A DNA stretch of 64,000 nt from Dicyema japonicum (taxonomy: Eukaryota; Animalia; Dicyemida): NCBI GenBank assembly GCA_011109175.1, contig RDEW01000053.1, forward strand, positions 1 to 64,000, written 5' to 3'. Positions 28,051-40,900 of this stretch are shown in pieces. The translations under genes and the position numbers were made by a program. Numbering within the stretch: the first letter of the stretch is position 1; each line of letters begins with the position of its first letter. Under the pieces are notes generated by a model that saw only the letters and a program-made list of their open reading frames with translations, searched no databases and was not told where the DNA came from.

Positions 28051-28621
28051 ATGTGAGCCTATTATTTATTGAAGGGATTATTCATTCGAAGACGTTGAAT
28101 TTTTGGCAGAAAATGAACTTATCGGAATCGTTCCAAACTTCACTATGAACAGACTTTGTCTTATCTGTGGTGAATTTGGACCATTTGTAGCAGGTCTTCC
28201 TACTGAAACTCCTCTCTGGGTGGCTATAACTCTACGCCAGCGACACAAATGTTCAATTATTCTTCCAAATTGGTTCTCGATCGAGTCCTTTAAACAAATG
28301 AAGGAAATGGAGAAGGAATCCAAGATATTCTGTGCTCTTCCGTCACAACATTTCCGTGAAATATCCTATCAGCTGATTAGACACGTGGGTGATGAGATCC
28401 CACACCTGGTTCAACTCAAGTCGCTCCTTCTGGACATAATCGACGTGAGATTGAACAAACTGAGGAACAGTGTGGTCGCTTTCCTGAAGAACACGGCTTC
28501 CGTGAATGTTTTGGCCACATATGCCCGACTGAACAACCTCACGCCCTTCGAGATATCTCTTTTTAGGGATCATTTTACTTCCTCGCTTGATTTTGTACAT
28601 AAAATCAGATATTCTATCTGA
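28051..28621 (+). CDS. GINS2: DNA replication complex GINS subunit Psf2
   Basis: AT|G split by 22-nt intron 28053-28074 gives MDYSFEDVEFLAENELIGIVPNF...GEFGPF..G.P...PLWVAI.L.QRHKC...P.W...RLNNLT..EI. Confidence 0.93.
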
Positions 28622-28691
28622 TTTATTATAAATTATTTTTGTTTAATTATTTTATTTATTTAAATTTTATTTTATCACGTGGGGCTTTGTT

Positions 28692-29001
28692 ATGTCAAGG
28701 AGTCTTAATAGCAAACGCGCAAAGAAACTTAAAAATCTCAAACGACTGAAGATGAGAGAGAAGGAAATGACAAGACTGAAGGCAGCCATTAGTAAGGATC
28801 CGTTAAATGGTTTAAAGTCCTCAAATTATTGTAGATACTGCTTACAGGTCCTCTGAAGCAAAAGAAGTCGTGATGACTGACGGGGACTCTCAAAAGAATA
28901 AGAACATGGCGAATTTTATCCACTCCAAGGAAGTTAGGAAGCGAAAGAGACAGTTAAAGAAGATAAGCTTCAATGCAAAAAGAAGAGGTCGAAGGATTTA
29001 A
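28692..29001 (+). CDS. LLPH: LLP homolog (LAPS18-like basic nucleolar protein), 94 aa
   Basis: MSRSLNSKRAKKLKNLKRLKMREKEMTRLK matches the remembered MAKSLRSK..RKMR..KR.K...KE..RLK pattern; 25-nt intron 28810-28834; basic C-terminus. Absent from the ORF track. Confidence 0.75.
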
Positions 29002-29479
29002 CTTTTGTTAGTATATTTGTTTTTATTATTGTTTTTTCAAGTCATCAAATATAAAAGCTATATGAAGTGTTATGTTCAGTTACATTCAGACGTATGACAA
29101 AAACTGGGGGTTCCTTGACGCAAATCGGGATGATCGAAATGGGAGTTATTTTTTTAGACAATTTGAAACCACCAAAGTGATGATATTGCTATTTTTATAA
29201 CCTGAAGTCGTTCATAACCCCCATTTTTAATTATCATAGTCGCACTCTACTCATCAATTTTTTTGTTAGACGGAGAAAAGTATCCTTCCCTTTGCTGCCA
29301 ATTTTACTTTCTAAAAATGCAGATACTTCCTCTCCAGTTTAATTTTTGAAGTCTTACAAAATTATGCTCCCTTCATTGGGAACACGCCGGAGTATTGAGA
29401 TTGTATTGCCAATCAGGAGATTTTATCATGGGTCCCAATACTTTTATCGAGAATCGATCCTTTCTGCTCCCCTCAGAGT

Positions 29480-29885
29480 ATTGTTCCCATAAAAGGAGGA
29501 AAGATCTAACATCGATCGAAGAATACCCCATTAAAACTAAGCTTGCCATATAAAAGCAAGAAGGATCTAATATTGGTCCAAGACTACTCGTAGAGTGCAG
29601 GAAGATCTATTATTGGTCCAAGTATTTCCCGTAAAACTAGAAAGGTCTTATATTGGTTGAAGAATATCTCACAAATGGCAAAAAATCCATTATTGCTTGA
29701 CACACATCCCATAAAGGTCAGAAAGGTATCATTGGTCAAAATATTTCAAATAAATGCCAGAAAGCTCTATTACTCGATAGATACAAAAAACCTAACATTG
29801 GTCAAAGAATATCCACTAAAGAGCAAAAGATCTATTATTACCGACAGTTATCCCATAAAGACAAAAAAATCTAATATTGATCGTC
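29480..29885. repeat. Degenerate minisatellite, unit of about 39-40 bp, roughly ten copies
   Basis: Recurring atcccataaa..aagatctaatattggtcaa-like unit; no single frame stays open. Confidence 0.7.
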
Positions 29886-30025
29886 GGATTTATTAAACCC
29901 GCCAAATCTGGGGGTCGATAATCAAATGATTGTTTGAGTCTGTAGATTAAATATTTTTATTTGTTTTTTGTAGATTATAACCAAAAGTAGAATCAATACT
30001 TTAAACCCCAAATTATATTTTAATG

Positions 30026-32400
30026 TTAAAGTTGAACGTAAATCTTGTTAATTTCACTTGATTTTGAGATTTTTTTCGAAAGGCAGCATCTATCATTTTT
30101 GATATAAGCGTAATTCCACTCCATTTTATTATTGCACCACGAATGAAACGAACAGCTTAACAAAAACGTGTGATTCTTGTGACACTGAGGGTCGTATGGA
30201 TTCCCAACCGATGCCTTTTTCCTTGCTATAATCACCTGAATCGATTCCGTCATTGGTTTTCCGCATATTAGTCTTGCCTTTGGTAAAATGTAAGCTAAAC
30301 CATCGTTTCCTCCGAATTTGAGTACACAACGCAGGAGGTGGCTGAGGGTTTAACCCCATAACAGCCAACAGTATTCGAACAAGAACATCCGATTATGACA
30401 TGTGATTCGGGACACTCAGCCTTTGACAATCTCCCTGTATTTCCGTTGATTAGCAAAATTTCCGTAAAGTACTTCGAGACCAAGTCTATCGACTTGATAG
30501 AGGATTGTCCATCCACTGTTCTGCAAAAATGATTGATTAGCCAACCCACTAGCATTCAGGTAGTTCGAGTTTATTAGAGAAGTGACTGTCGTCCTCAGTT
30601 GGAACGACTGAGTTTTCGAGTCGCTGCAAATGGCTTTCGCCTATAAATCTGACTGAATCCGACCTGAATGAAGCTGTTTCCATTCTTTGCGTATACACAG
30701 CATTTGCCATCATAAATCCACGAAATATCCGAGGTAGATTTTGTGGAAGAACAGTCGGAAATTATTTTTGGAGTAGGACAGCCCACGCACGTGGATGTTT
30801 GCTTTTCTGCTTCTTTGGCGAAAATAACATCGCTGAATTTTTCAGAGGCGAATGAGGCTTCGAATATAAGGTTATCTTACTCTTGCAGATTGCTACGATT
30901 GTTGGGTCCTTGCCGTAGACTTGGCAGTAATTTTCGTTTAATTCAACGTTCACTAGTCTATTCGGTTTATGAATGAATCTACTTGGAGGGTATGCAGTCC
31001 ACTAAAGTTTCATTGTCTTTGCAGGAGACTTTGTGAACCCCAATACCAATTAACTTGTGGGATGTGTAGGTGTACGTCGAAAATTGAGAATTCTCACAAT
31101 AAGCGACAACCTGAATCACCAGAAAGCTCAAACCTGCTTGTTTTCGTCATTCGAGATGCAGGTGTTGAATTGCAGCTTAGCAAAACTATCAAATCCATAG
31201 CAGTGAGCGAGCTTTGTTCCCACGGGACAGGAGGCTGGGATCGAGGAGTCTGACACCACGAGTTTGGCTTTGTCAACTACAAATAATTCAAATCACCATG
31301 CCAATCGCAATCGCATAGATCTCACAGCCATCACAGGAAGATTTCGGGACACAACTTTTGTCCAAGTTGTTCTTGACTATTCCAAATGTCTGAGCAGAAT
31401 TTGGCCTATTTACATAATTTGGGGGGTACTTGATCTTTATTAAGCATCCCGTTACATATTCTGAGTAAATATTATCAGGTCCCGGCTTTCTGATGACTGT
31501 TTTATATTCGTTATCCTTCACACAGCCAATTATGGCCGGACAAATTTAAAATGAGCTAACCTTGACTTCTTTGTCGTTATTAATGTAAGTGACAATGCAC
31601 TGGTTGTCCCTTATTTCAGTGGAAGAGCATTTCTCGGGGACCGCACAATCACAGGACTTGATTGTATAGTTTTTCTGGCAGGTTCCTATCGAAATGATCG
31701 TTCCGTCGTCTTTTGTGATGGTGTATCCATTCACGTGGTCGTCAATTTGTTCTTTCTAATAAACCAGACAGTTACTGAGACACGTGATTTCTCCAGTGAT
31801 GAAGACATCATTTTGATTACCCTTTTTGTTCTTGAAGTAGCATTTATTATACTTCATCATGATTACGTGACTTCCTACCGGAAGCCCGCTAAAGCTGAAT
31901 ATTCACGACTCACGGATTGTACATTCTGCAGTCACTCATCACAGTTCCAGAGGGACAGGCCATTTTCCCGCATTTGAGTATAACCTTGGTGTACACTTTG
32001 GCCTCATATTTTTCTCGTGGAACACATTTTGCCATAGTCTTTCATTCCTCACATAAAATACCCTAAATTTGTATTCCCGGTTTGCTCCGAATGAGTAGCA
32101 CATTCTTCCCTTTACAAACGTTCCGTATGAATATCCATCGTAGTAACATTTAGAGACTACCATATTCGGAGGGCATCGAATGGTTGAAACGAAGACACTT
32201 CCTTCAAATGCTCCCCCATGAATTTTTATTTCTCCGTCAACTAAACTATTGACGATTTAATACATTCTAAAGCAAAACGGAATAGCAAAAGTAGCACAAT
32301 CATTGCTTACTTCAAAAATGCCAGGATTATATATCACAGAGGTTACAGATGGCGTGGAATAAATTTGTCCACAGACTGTCGTTTTTTATCGATAAATCAA
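30026..32400 (-). CDS. Cysteine-rich repeat protein, about 9 PCSK9-CHRD/resistin-like modules; 5' end unresolved
   Basis: Joining exons over about 13 introns of 18-28 nt gives a continuous frame with a repeated C-P-x-G-x4-5-C...C...A-x-C module (e.g. CPESHVIIGCSC, CPSGTVMSDC, CPVGTKLAHC, AKAIC, IVAIC). Confidence 0.75.
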
Positions 32401-32429
32401 ATTAGCTTCCATTATGTCGTTACTTTTAG

Positions 32430-33130
32430 CAGACAGTCAGCCCATGGTTAGAATCACCCTTTCTGCAAATGGGTTTGCTAGATCATATCAGGAACGTAGG
32501 AAACCCATGCCATTTCTCAGCGCCGTCTCTTCAGAAAGGAGACTGGTGATGGACGAGCAGTTGGCTTGCATGAGAGGTTATACCCTGAATCCTAGAAGTA
32601 GGACAGGAAAATCTCCAGTCCGAACAAGCATATTCAATTGTCGGCACAATAACTTGAAGGTAGACTTTACTAATAAAATCTGCAGGTGGGAAGGGGGTCT
32701 TCTTATGGTAAATTGAGAACGTTCCATTTTCAAAGCCCCTTGGTTAACACCTCTTTCGCGTGACTGGAAAACGTCATTAAAGAGTCGAAAGTTACTCCAA
32801 AAATCTTATAGATTCGCGTAGAATGAATAGGGATGTCTCTAAGGAATAGCTCGAGTCCACTCGTTAATCTCCAGTCACTAGTGAACAAGGTGAACTGAGA
32901 CTTGAATGCGGATCAAGACAACATATTTTGGGATAACCAGTCACAAACCTGGTTGAGGTGTGACTGAACCACAGCCAAGGAGAGATCTATCTCTTGTGGG
33001 GATAATGAGGTCATCCACGTAAGATGAAAACATAATGTCCTGATCTTTGGCAGTAGGTAACTCGTGTAGAAATAAGTTAAACAGGAACGATGATAAAGGG
33101 GAACCTTGGTGGACCCAATTTGGTAGTTGC
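32430..33130 (-). mobile_element. Jockey/I-like LINE RT 3' fragment
   Basis: QGSPLSSFLFN, YVDDL, IFGVTFD on the minus strand. Confidence 0.75.
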
Positions 33131-33384
33131 CTAAATTAGTTTATCGATCCGGACTCTTCCACGTCGGTTATCATGTCGAAGCAGTCTGTGATGTGATGGA
33201 TTGGGAGACGGATCCCAATTGAGTCGTGTTGAAGAACGGCCTGATCTGAAGAAGTCTGCGAACAACGATGACTTGAGCAGACTCGCGTTTGGAAAGTATC
33301 CATTCATGTTGATTTCCAAACACTGGCTTGGTCGTTACGCCATTTAACCTTTTGCCATCATCCTTGTCACGTTTGACTTATCCT

Positions 33385-34400
33385 AATGCGAATGCACGAC
33401 ACCCTGATAGCTGGGTCGAGTGTGTCTGCCAGAACCCACCTAGGCACTATCAGACTTTTTTGTCTGCTAAGTATGGTGTTGATGATGGTGGGCTAGTAAA
33501 TGTGAAGGCGTTGATCCAATTTCAATATAATAATTTGATGGAAAAGATCAACTAAAAAGCCTTCATAAGGTCCTCTTCAGAGCATTGGACAACCCACATG
33601 TCGACCTTAAGTCATATGGCTAAATTACGGTGACTACCCATATCGATCGGAGGTGATGTACACGTATATGCAAGACCGCAATATTTTTTGGGGTCGATCA
33701 ACAATACATGTCCCCATTGTAAGTCAAGGAGCATGTCGGTTGATCATTTAGCCACTCGTGCGGATCCATGCTCTGCCACGACTATGTGGAGGCATAACGA
33801 GGTAGTAAGGAGTCTTCATCTTTAACTATGCAATAAGTATGGTATTCGCCACACCAGAAAGTTGCGGACTCTTAAGGTGCAATCTGTAGTAGAGAACACC
33901 AGGGTCCAAATTAAGGTAGACAGTGTTATCCGTACCTCGATGCAAGTCAAGCACAATAAACGGTGTTGCACGATGAGGAGTCTGGCCAAGTCCTTATCAT
34001 AGAGGTTGGCATTACGTCTCAAGACCGTTTGCAGATTGTGGAGGTGGAGAAAAAAAGGAAGTATGACTTGCTTGCAAACGAGATGGGGCAGATGCTTGGT
34101 TGCAAGGTCCTCGTTATTCCAATAGTAATGACGTTGGAAGGAATTGCAACAATGTACCACAAGGGTTATGTGAAGCAGTTGGGGGTAGATAGGAAGCTCC
34201 AGGCCTATCTACTGTCCACTGTATTAAAGCGGACTTTAGATAGTTTGACACTGGAGTGTAGGAGGTAGAGCCCGGAGATGCCATATGGGCAGAGGGTTCA
34301 ATTGGACAAGGCGTTCTCGGAGTTGTTTCAGCAACCAGAATCGAACCTGCCTGAGGAGGCTGGCGAACAGGCAGGCGAGGAAGCTTGTTAATCATTAAAT
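33385..34400 (+). mobile_element. R4/Dong-like retrotransposon, 5'-truncated, with CCHC and RLE domain
   Basis: CPHCKSRSMSVDHLA, RHNEVVR, IIEVGIT...EKKRKYD; AT-rich tail. Confidence 0.85.
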
Positions 34401-34660
34401 ATTAACTTTTTATTGTTGGTTAAATAAAGTGGGGTTAAAATTAATTTTGTTTGCTAGTATAATTTTAATTATTGTCCTATAGTATGAGAACCCGGGGACA
34501 TCTTCGTGTCCGAGCTGATAAGTCAAACTTATCACTCCAAAACATATGATTACAGGAGTCATCAATGAAACCAAAGGAATCACAATATATTTCCATGATG
34601 CACAGTATCAAAAGGATTGAAAACGTATCAAAGGAAAAAGTTCAAAAATCTATTGAAGAT

Positions 34661-35675
34661 CAGTGTTTCTCAAACTGGGGTCCGCGGAACAATCTTTAGT
34701 AATTTATATTAGTCTACTTTTATATTATATTTTTTTAAATTATTTTGAATTAAATTTAAAAAAAAGTGCTTAATTTATCCTTGTAGGAATGTCCTGTTCA
34801 AATAATTCAATGAATAAAAATACATTTTCTGATACTCGTTTATTGACTTTATTGGAATTTCTGGTGGATATATTTGAATCTGTGAATTTTGTTAATTTAC
34901 AACTGCAAGAAAGAGATACCACAGTCCTCCATTGCCATGAAAAAATGACTGGTTTCAAAATGAAACTAGAACTGTAGAATTCAAAATTAAATAGTTACAA
35001 CGTTGCGCCATTTCCACATCTAAATATATTTATTGATGAAAATGAACTTTGCATTACAGCATTGATGTGATGAAACAACACATATTATTTACTAATAGAG
35101 AAATTTCTAGGTATTTTTTCGTTATTTATAAATTTTTAGATATTTTCCTGATAATTCTGAATTTGATAAGTACGATCGTTTTCTCAGCAACCCATTTGCA
35201 ATTTCAGTTAAGGATCTCCCTTCTGAAAACCGTATAATTCAGGAACAATTTATCGATTTGCTTAATGATGGATATGCAAAACACGTTTTCAACGAAGTTT
35301 CCCAAAGCGATTTTTGGATTCAAATGGCTGATTCCTATTCAGAATTGGCAAGGATGGCGCTTACAGTGCTCATTCCATTTGCAACTACATATGAGAGTGA
35401 GACAGTGTTTTCAGCACTACTTACCGTCAAATCAAAATTCCGCGATAGATTGGATGTGTCAAATGACATGAGGGTTGCATTGTCTAAAACACAACCCGAC
35501 TTAGAAAAACTGGTGGTGGCCAAACAAGTGCATCCATCTCATTAATTATCATTCTTTAATTTTGCACTAATTTTTGTTTTTGTTAAAATGATAATTCACT
35601 AATTTAACGAAACACCGCAAGCAATTAAAAAAAAAAGGACCGCGACTTCTTTTTTTTAAAGTTTGAGAACCACTT
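34661..35675 (+). mobile_element. Charlie/Buster-like hAT element, internally deleted
   Basis: TIRs cagtgtttctcaaact / agtttgagaaccact; 6/8 TSD (ttgaagat vs tggtagat); FW...YSELARMALTVLIPFATTYESETVFS...DMRVALS...QVHPSH. Confidence 0.9.
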
Positions 35676-35779
35676 TGGTAGATAGATAATTTAATTAACA
35701 CAACAAACTCGTTACTAAGTAAAAAGGGAGAAACCAACGAGTTCGTCCTGGTAGACGGGGTCTGGTATAACGAGACACC

Positions 35780-36474
35780 ATATGTCTCTTCTTCGAATTA
35801 TTGACCCCTTCACCCAACAAGAATTATTTTTTACGTAGTGCAATATTTTTTCAATGGATCTTGCACGTATTTCATAACTTGGCGGTAATTTAGATTTTAA
35901 ATAAAGTCCATATACAGTTTAATAGCACATCTTTTTGATTTATCGAGAAGCTCTACAAGAATACTTCTCTCATCACTTTCAAACCATCCTTGGAGCCATA
36001 AATTCAAGAATGGTTCTATACAAGCTGTATGCACATAGATAAAAGTTTCCAGACTCAATTGAAAACGTAGAAGCGATTTCAACATCGTTATAGCTTTTTT
36101 CCTTTTTTAATGAAGGAACCCTTCGAGTTCACACAAACACCAAGATATTGCAATTGTTCCATGCATTTGATTGCTCCACTTCGTTTAGACGGTTAATCGC
36201 ATATGTAAGTTTTCTCGATTGTCTTTCAGATGCCCCCGGAATAGATTCCCAGAAGAAGAAGAAGCCGGTAACCATTTGTTTTAGAATGACTTATCAGCCC
36301 GGACGTGATACTACACGACAATTATTGATCCAGTCGGCTTAAGAGATACAGCGTCGTCCCCCATCGTTGCAACAACGGTTGTAGCCAGACAACTGAAGCA
36401 CCCAATGTGTTTCAGGGACAAATGACTTGCGATTGTAGCCAGAAATCTCAGTCAGTCATAATAAAAAATTTTAA
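35780..36474 (+). CDS. Possible multi-intron orphan gene; exon structure unresolved
   Basis: Canonical-looking short introns (gtaaccatttgttttag and others) can join ...DAPGIDSQKKKKP|NDLSART|RLKRYSVV...; alternative chains exist. Confidence 0.3.
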
Positions 36475-37559
36475 TTTTCTTTTATTTCTATTTGACAGTT
36501 TCACCGATTTTATTTCACAGATAATTTATTTGCAAAACTATTTCAGGTTTTCTGAGTAATTTTCTTAAAAAGCACTGTTTTACCGATACTTCTCAATGCT
36601 CCTTTGAAGTACAATTTGAGCTTCCAAACGATTACATGATATGTTCGACACCCATGAAGGTGTATGGGCGCTAAAATTTATGGACTATGTTATTTTTCAC
36701 AAATAGTAAATTGACGTATTCTGCCTCTTATCTGGCTATCAATCACCTCAAACAATGTGAAGATATTGGGAGTCACATTCGACTCTAATTCCTGGAAAAC
36801 ATGTGGACGATATGATATCCTCTTGCTAAGAAGATTAAACTTTATGAGGAAGCTTCTAGTTTAGAAACTCATCAGTTGAAGTTAGGTCACCTATATCGCT
36901 GTGAGTCAATAATCGATTTTGTAGGCCACTTGAAAATTTTAAATAACGATGTGCCGTTACAATGACCTTACTGTCAGCTCAATTAGAGTTACGTTAAGAA
37001 CTTTATATGATCATCCCTCTTCGACGTCAATTCCATATAAGATTTTTTCGCTAATCCTCCCATTTTGACCATTTTTATTTTAGTAAAGAAAATAGACGAA
37101 TTTGTGAGCGATTAACTGAAAATTACTATTCTCGTAGTATCCAGACATTAATCCCTTTGGAACATAGGAGTGCGCTAAAAAATTTCCTATCCCATAAATA
37201 GTCAGAATTAAAAAAATAAGTGAGAGATATTTTTAATATCACCAAATTATTTAAAAGCCAAATTCACAATTATAATCGATTAAAGGAATAAAGCCTCACT
37301 CAGTCATGATAAGAAATTGAACAGAGATCTTTGCTGATAGACACGTTTCTTTCGTTAGAACTGCGTCACCACATCAACCTCTAGTCAAATAACTATTTCA
37401 AATTTGTTAAGCCTTAATTTCAGAGATCTGTTGAGTCACTATTATAAAATAGAATGAGAAGAAACCTTCCCCGCTGTGGAGATTGATCCAGGGCTCCAAA
37501 ACTAACCGCAGGAAAAGAACTGGTATGGACACCGGGATCACTTAATTAGACGATAACTC

Positions 37560-37993
37560 TTATCCTCTCGTGATTTCAGGATCATTAATGGATGATATCG
37601 TCTTCTTAGAGGTCCCATGAGCCTTTACCCCAGCAATATGATTTTTGGGTTTATCAAGGTCACAATATGATGCTAAATACTGATTACTTACAACACAACC
37701 TTTCCAGTAAAATTTGTACTATTATCTGTTTTAAATATTTGGGCTCTCGTTTTATATATTTTGAGAGTTGTAACGTCACAAAAATTTATAATCTCTTTAG
37801 TGCAAACATTATAAGCCTTTTTGGTGATTGTAAATAATCCACTTTGGTACGACCAACATATAAAATTAATAGGCAAACTAGTTATATTGCTGCTAGGAGG
37901 CAATAGCATTTCCAAGTCAACAATAAATAAATTTCTTGATATCATTCTGGTTTTCATTTTCAATGTCGTGTAATTTTTCCTCCAAGAAAGCAT
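37560..37993 (-). CDS. Probable orphan protein
   Basis: 101-codon ORF plus a 20-nt GT-AG intron continuing as YLASYCDLDKPK...ITRG*. Confidence 0.4.
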
Positions 37994-38124
37994 GATATTA
38001 TCGCGTCCTATTTTTTGAAATCAAACAATGCGTCATTAAAATTTTTATTTTTCATCTTTTTAAATATAATGTGAGTACAGTATTATTATTTAAATAAAAT
38101 AAAATTTTTATATTTTTTTTATTC

Positions 38125-38170
38125 ACACGCGGTGAGGGCAACTACCTGACTTCTATTGTTTAAATTAATA
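38125..38170 (+). mobile_element. Isolated 3' tip of a CRE-like element
   Basis: gcaactacctgacttctattgtttaaatt is identical to the 3' end of the insertion at 50882-51349; followed by an A-rich tail. Confidence 0.75.
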
Positions 38171-39039
38171 AATAAATTTAAATAAAAAAAAAATAAAATA
38201 AAATAAAAAATAAATTTAAAAACAATTTAAAAAAAATAAAATAAATAAATTTTATATAGAAGAAAATAATGAAATCGTTTATCGTATCCTTTAAAGGAAT
38301 TTTAAAATGAAAGCTGCATTCAATGTTAAGGAATAACGAAACACATTCCGTAATCTAAGGATACTTACTATAGTTAACCATATCAACTTGATGAACCACT
38401 GGATTTGCGTCATGGATTCAGATTTTGGGACCCGAATTTAGTTTTTATAGTAGATGAAAGGATACCCACTATTGTAATTTTTTAATTTTATTACAAGAGC
38501 TACAAATAAATAGTCAAATGGTCCCCACGATGAAATGAAATTATTCAAAGACCAAGAGTAAAGCCAAACTAACTAATCCCGTGGTTATGATTCTCCAGTA
38601 GAACCCTCATCCAAGCACAGTGATCCATAAAAAATTTTCCGAGAAGCTGAGATCAAAGCCAGAACTCGCCTCCAGGAAGGAAAATTGTCTCCCGCAGGAA
38701 TGGAGAGATTGATGACCACAATGGACGGAACATCTCATATCACCGGCTTCCCAGTATAGAGGCCAATCCAGCAGAATCAAGAACATGCTACAAGATTCCG
38801 TTTATCGCCTTGTTAGAATATTTCCAACTTGTTAGAATACTCCGCTCGCCGGCTGACTTTCAACTGCTTTATATCTGAGTTCTGTATATTAAATAAGAGT
38901 CGAAGAATCATTTTGATCAACAGCTTGGATATGCAAGGCTTGCTAAATCTGTGGGGGAGTGGATTCCCAGACTGACGAAGCGACTTGGTGAGGTTGCTTG
39001 TCTCCATCCTAGGTCTTCGAATTTAACGTTTGTGGTGTT

Positions 39040-39420
39040 CTTGCGCCGCGAATGATGGCTCGGATCTCTAACAGAAACTCTCTAATCAGGTTTCTCTTTC
39101 TAATGTTTTATGAAGGACGTGCACATCCTAGGAAAATTCCTTGCACATCCTAGGGTCTGTGCTCATTGTTGAAGTATTGTTCCATCACTATATTTGCAGG
39201 GGCATCCACACGCAGTACATGCACAAAGAGTCTCCACTTCGATTTAATGATTTCTATGCTAAATGGGACTGATTCGGTTGCACGATATCTCTGTTGATGA
39301 CAATCAGAGATAGTACTTTTCTTATTGTTTTCAGTAATATCTCCGGCCTCAGATTTCGTAATGGTCCTCTTCTCTTTCCTGGTTTTGCAAAGGGAATAAA
39401 ATTCCATATCCGAGCTTCAA
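39040..39420 (-). mobile_element. RTE-like LINE 3' fragment
   Basis: KWRLFVHVLRVDAPANIVMEQYF. Confidence 0.8.
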
Positions 39421-39899
39421 AAAAGAATTTGTTTCAACACTGAGTTATTTTTCGTTATAAGAGCAGTCAGCATATTTAATCATCTCACACCAAGCAGCCC
39501 TGTTATTATTCAGTTTATTGATGGTCAAGTGAGTCCCATCAATACTCAGTAGATTTAATTTCCTCGGCGATTTCTCAAGTGGATTAAAGAACTTCCATTT
39601 CTGCACAATTGTTTACAGAAATGATAAGCAATAATCTCAGTTTTTCTTTACAGTCCCTGGTTGTCTTGAACACAAATGTTTGTAGGTTGGGTACCCCTTT
39701 AAAATAAGCGACCAGAACTGAACATTTAAGTCCCGTATCACATTTTTTAATTTCCTTGCATAGATTTGTTTGAACGTGAAACTTTAAAAAAATAAAGGGA
39801 AATTTATATCAGCGTGATCACTCTATGCAGTGGTTCCAACCTCAAACTGCTCGCGGAACCCTTCTAATTCAATTATTACAATTTTCACTTAAAACATAA

Positions 39900-40900
39900 T
39901 CCTAATAACCAAAAACAATTTTAATGTGTGGAGATTTTAATGCTAAACATCCAGTCTTGTTAAAATCACATCCAGCAGACTCAAGAGGATCATCATTATT
40001 AAACCAGCTCACCTCTCTTACTATCCTCAACAACACCAGGAAGCACACTAGGACTCCTTACAAGAAAAAAGCATCAACGTCCCCAGACATTACATTTTGT
40101 TCTCCAACATTGCACCGGGCACATCTTGGACGGTGCATTATGGATTATCTTCCGACCACAATCCAATCATTATTCGAATCAAAAAGTTCTTTACCACAGG
40201 AAAGAGACTTTTTCATTTTTCAACTATAAAAAAGCAAACTGGAATGACTATTCAAAATACATCGAACAAGCTATACTAAACTTTGACATGATGATATTCC
40301 CCTCAATAGATGAGACTATTGACTATTTGAACAAACTATTCTCATGGCCCAGAGAACATTCATTCCGCGCGGATCATTTAAATTCTACAATGAAAAACTC
40401 GATCAGAACACCAAATCATTAATTAAAGAAAGGAATCGCCTGAAAGGATATGTACCTTCCTTTCCCGGACTAGACAAACTGAAGCCAACAAATGGGACAA
40501 ACTAGTACCTTCCCTTCCATTTCAGAAATCTACTCAGACGATATGGAGAGAAATTAAACAATTTGGGCCAATAGGTAATTTTAAAAGACAACAGACGGAT
40601 CAGCACAGTCTTAAGCTCATGAAATATTAAATCACTCGCGTAACTGGGGGTTCGATTCCTACATCGCTATCTACCTGGGAAAAGGATTCTCTTCTGTTCC
40701 ATGTCTTCTTAAATTCCTAAGAGGAGTCATGTGATCCGCCTGTCTCAGAAGGCGTCCAATGCTTCGACGATATACAAAATGATCTATCTCTCCTCTACTA
40801 ACATAAAAGGGTTCCCACAGTGGGAGATATGGATGACCAGATGCTTGAAAATGATGTTTCTTAGTCCGACCTTAGGAACTGAGCATACTTAAACACAAGT
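39900..40900 (+). mobile_element. Jockey/I-like LINE APE region
   Basis: CGDFNAKH, SPDITF, LSSDHNPI, NYKKANW. Confidence 0.8.

Noticed and set aside
29480-29885. CRISPR-like array
   Set aside because: Units are contiguous and degenerate with no unique spacers, there are no cas genes, and the context is eukaryotic.
35897-36085. Dynein-like ORF on the minus strand
   Set aside because: Resemblance is superficial, it cannot be extended, and the plus strand has better splice signals.
40640-40680. tRNA gene (gggggttcgattcctac)
   Set aside because: Only a T-arm-like piece is present, with no acceptor stem, D-arm or anticodon arm.
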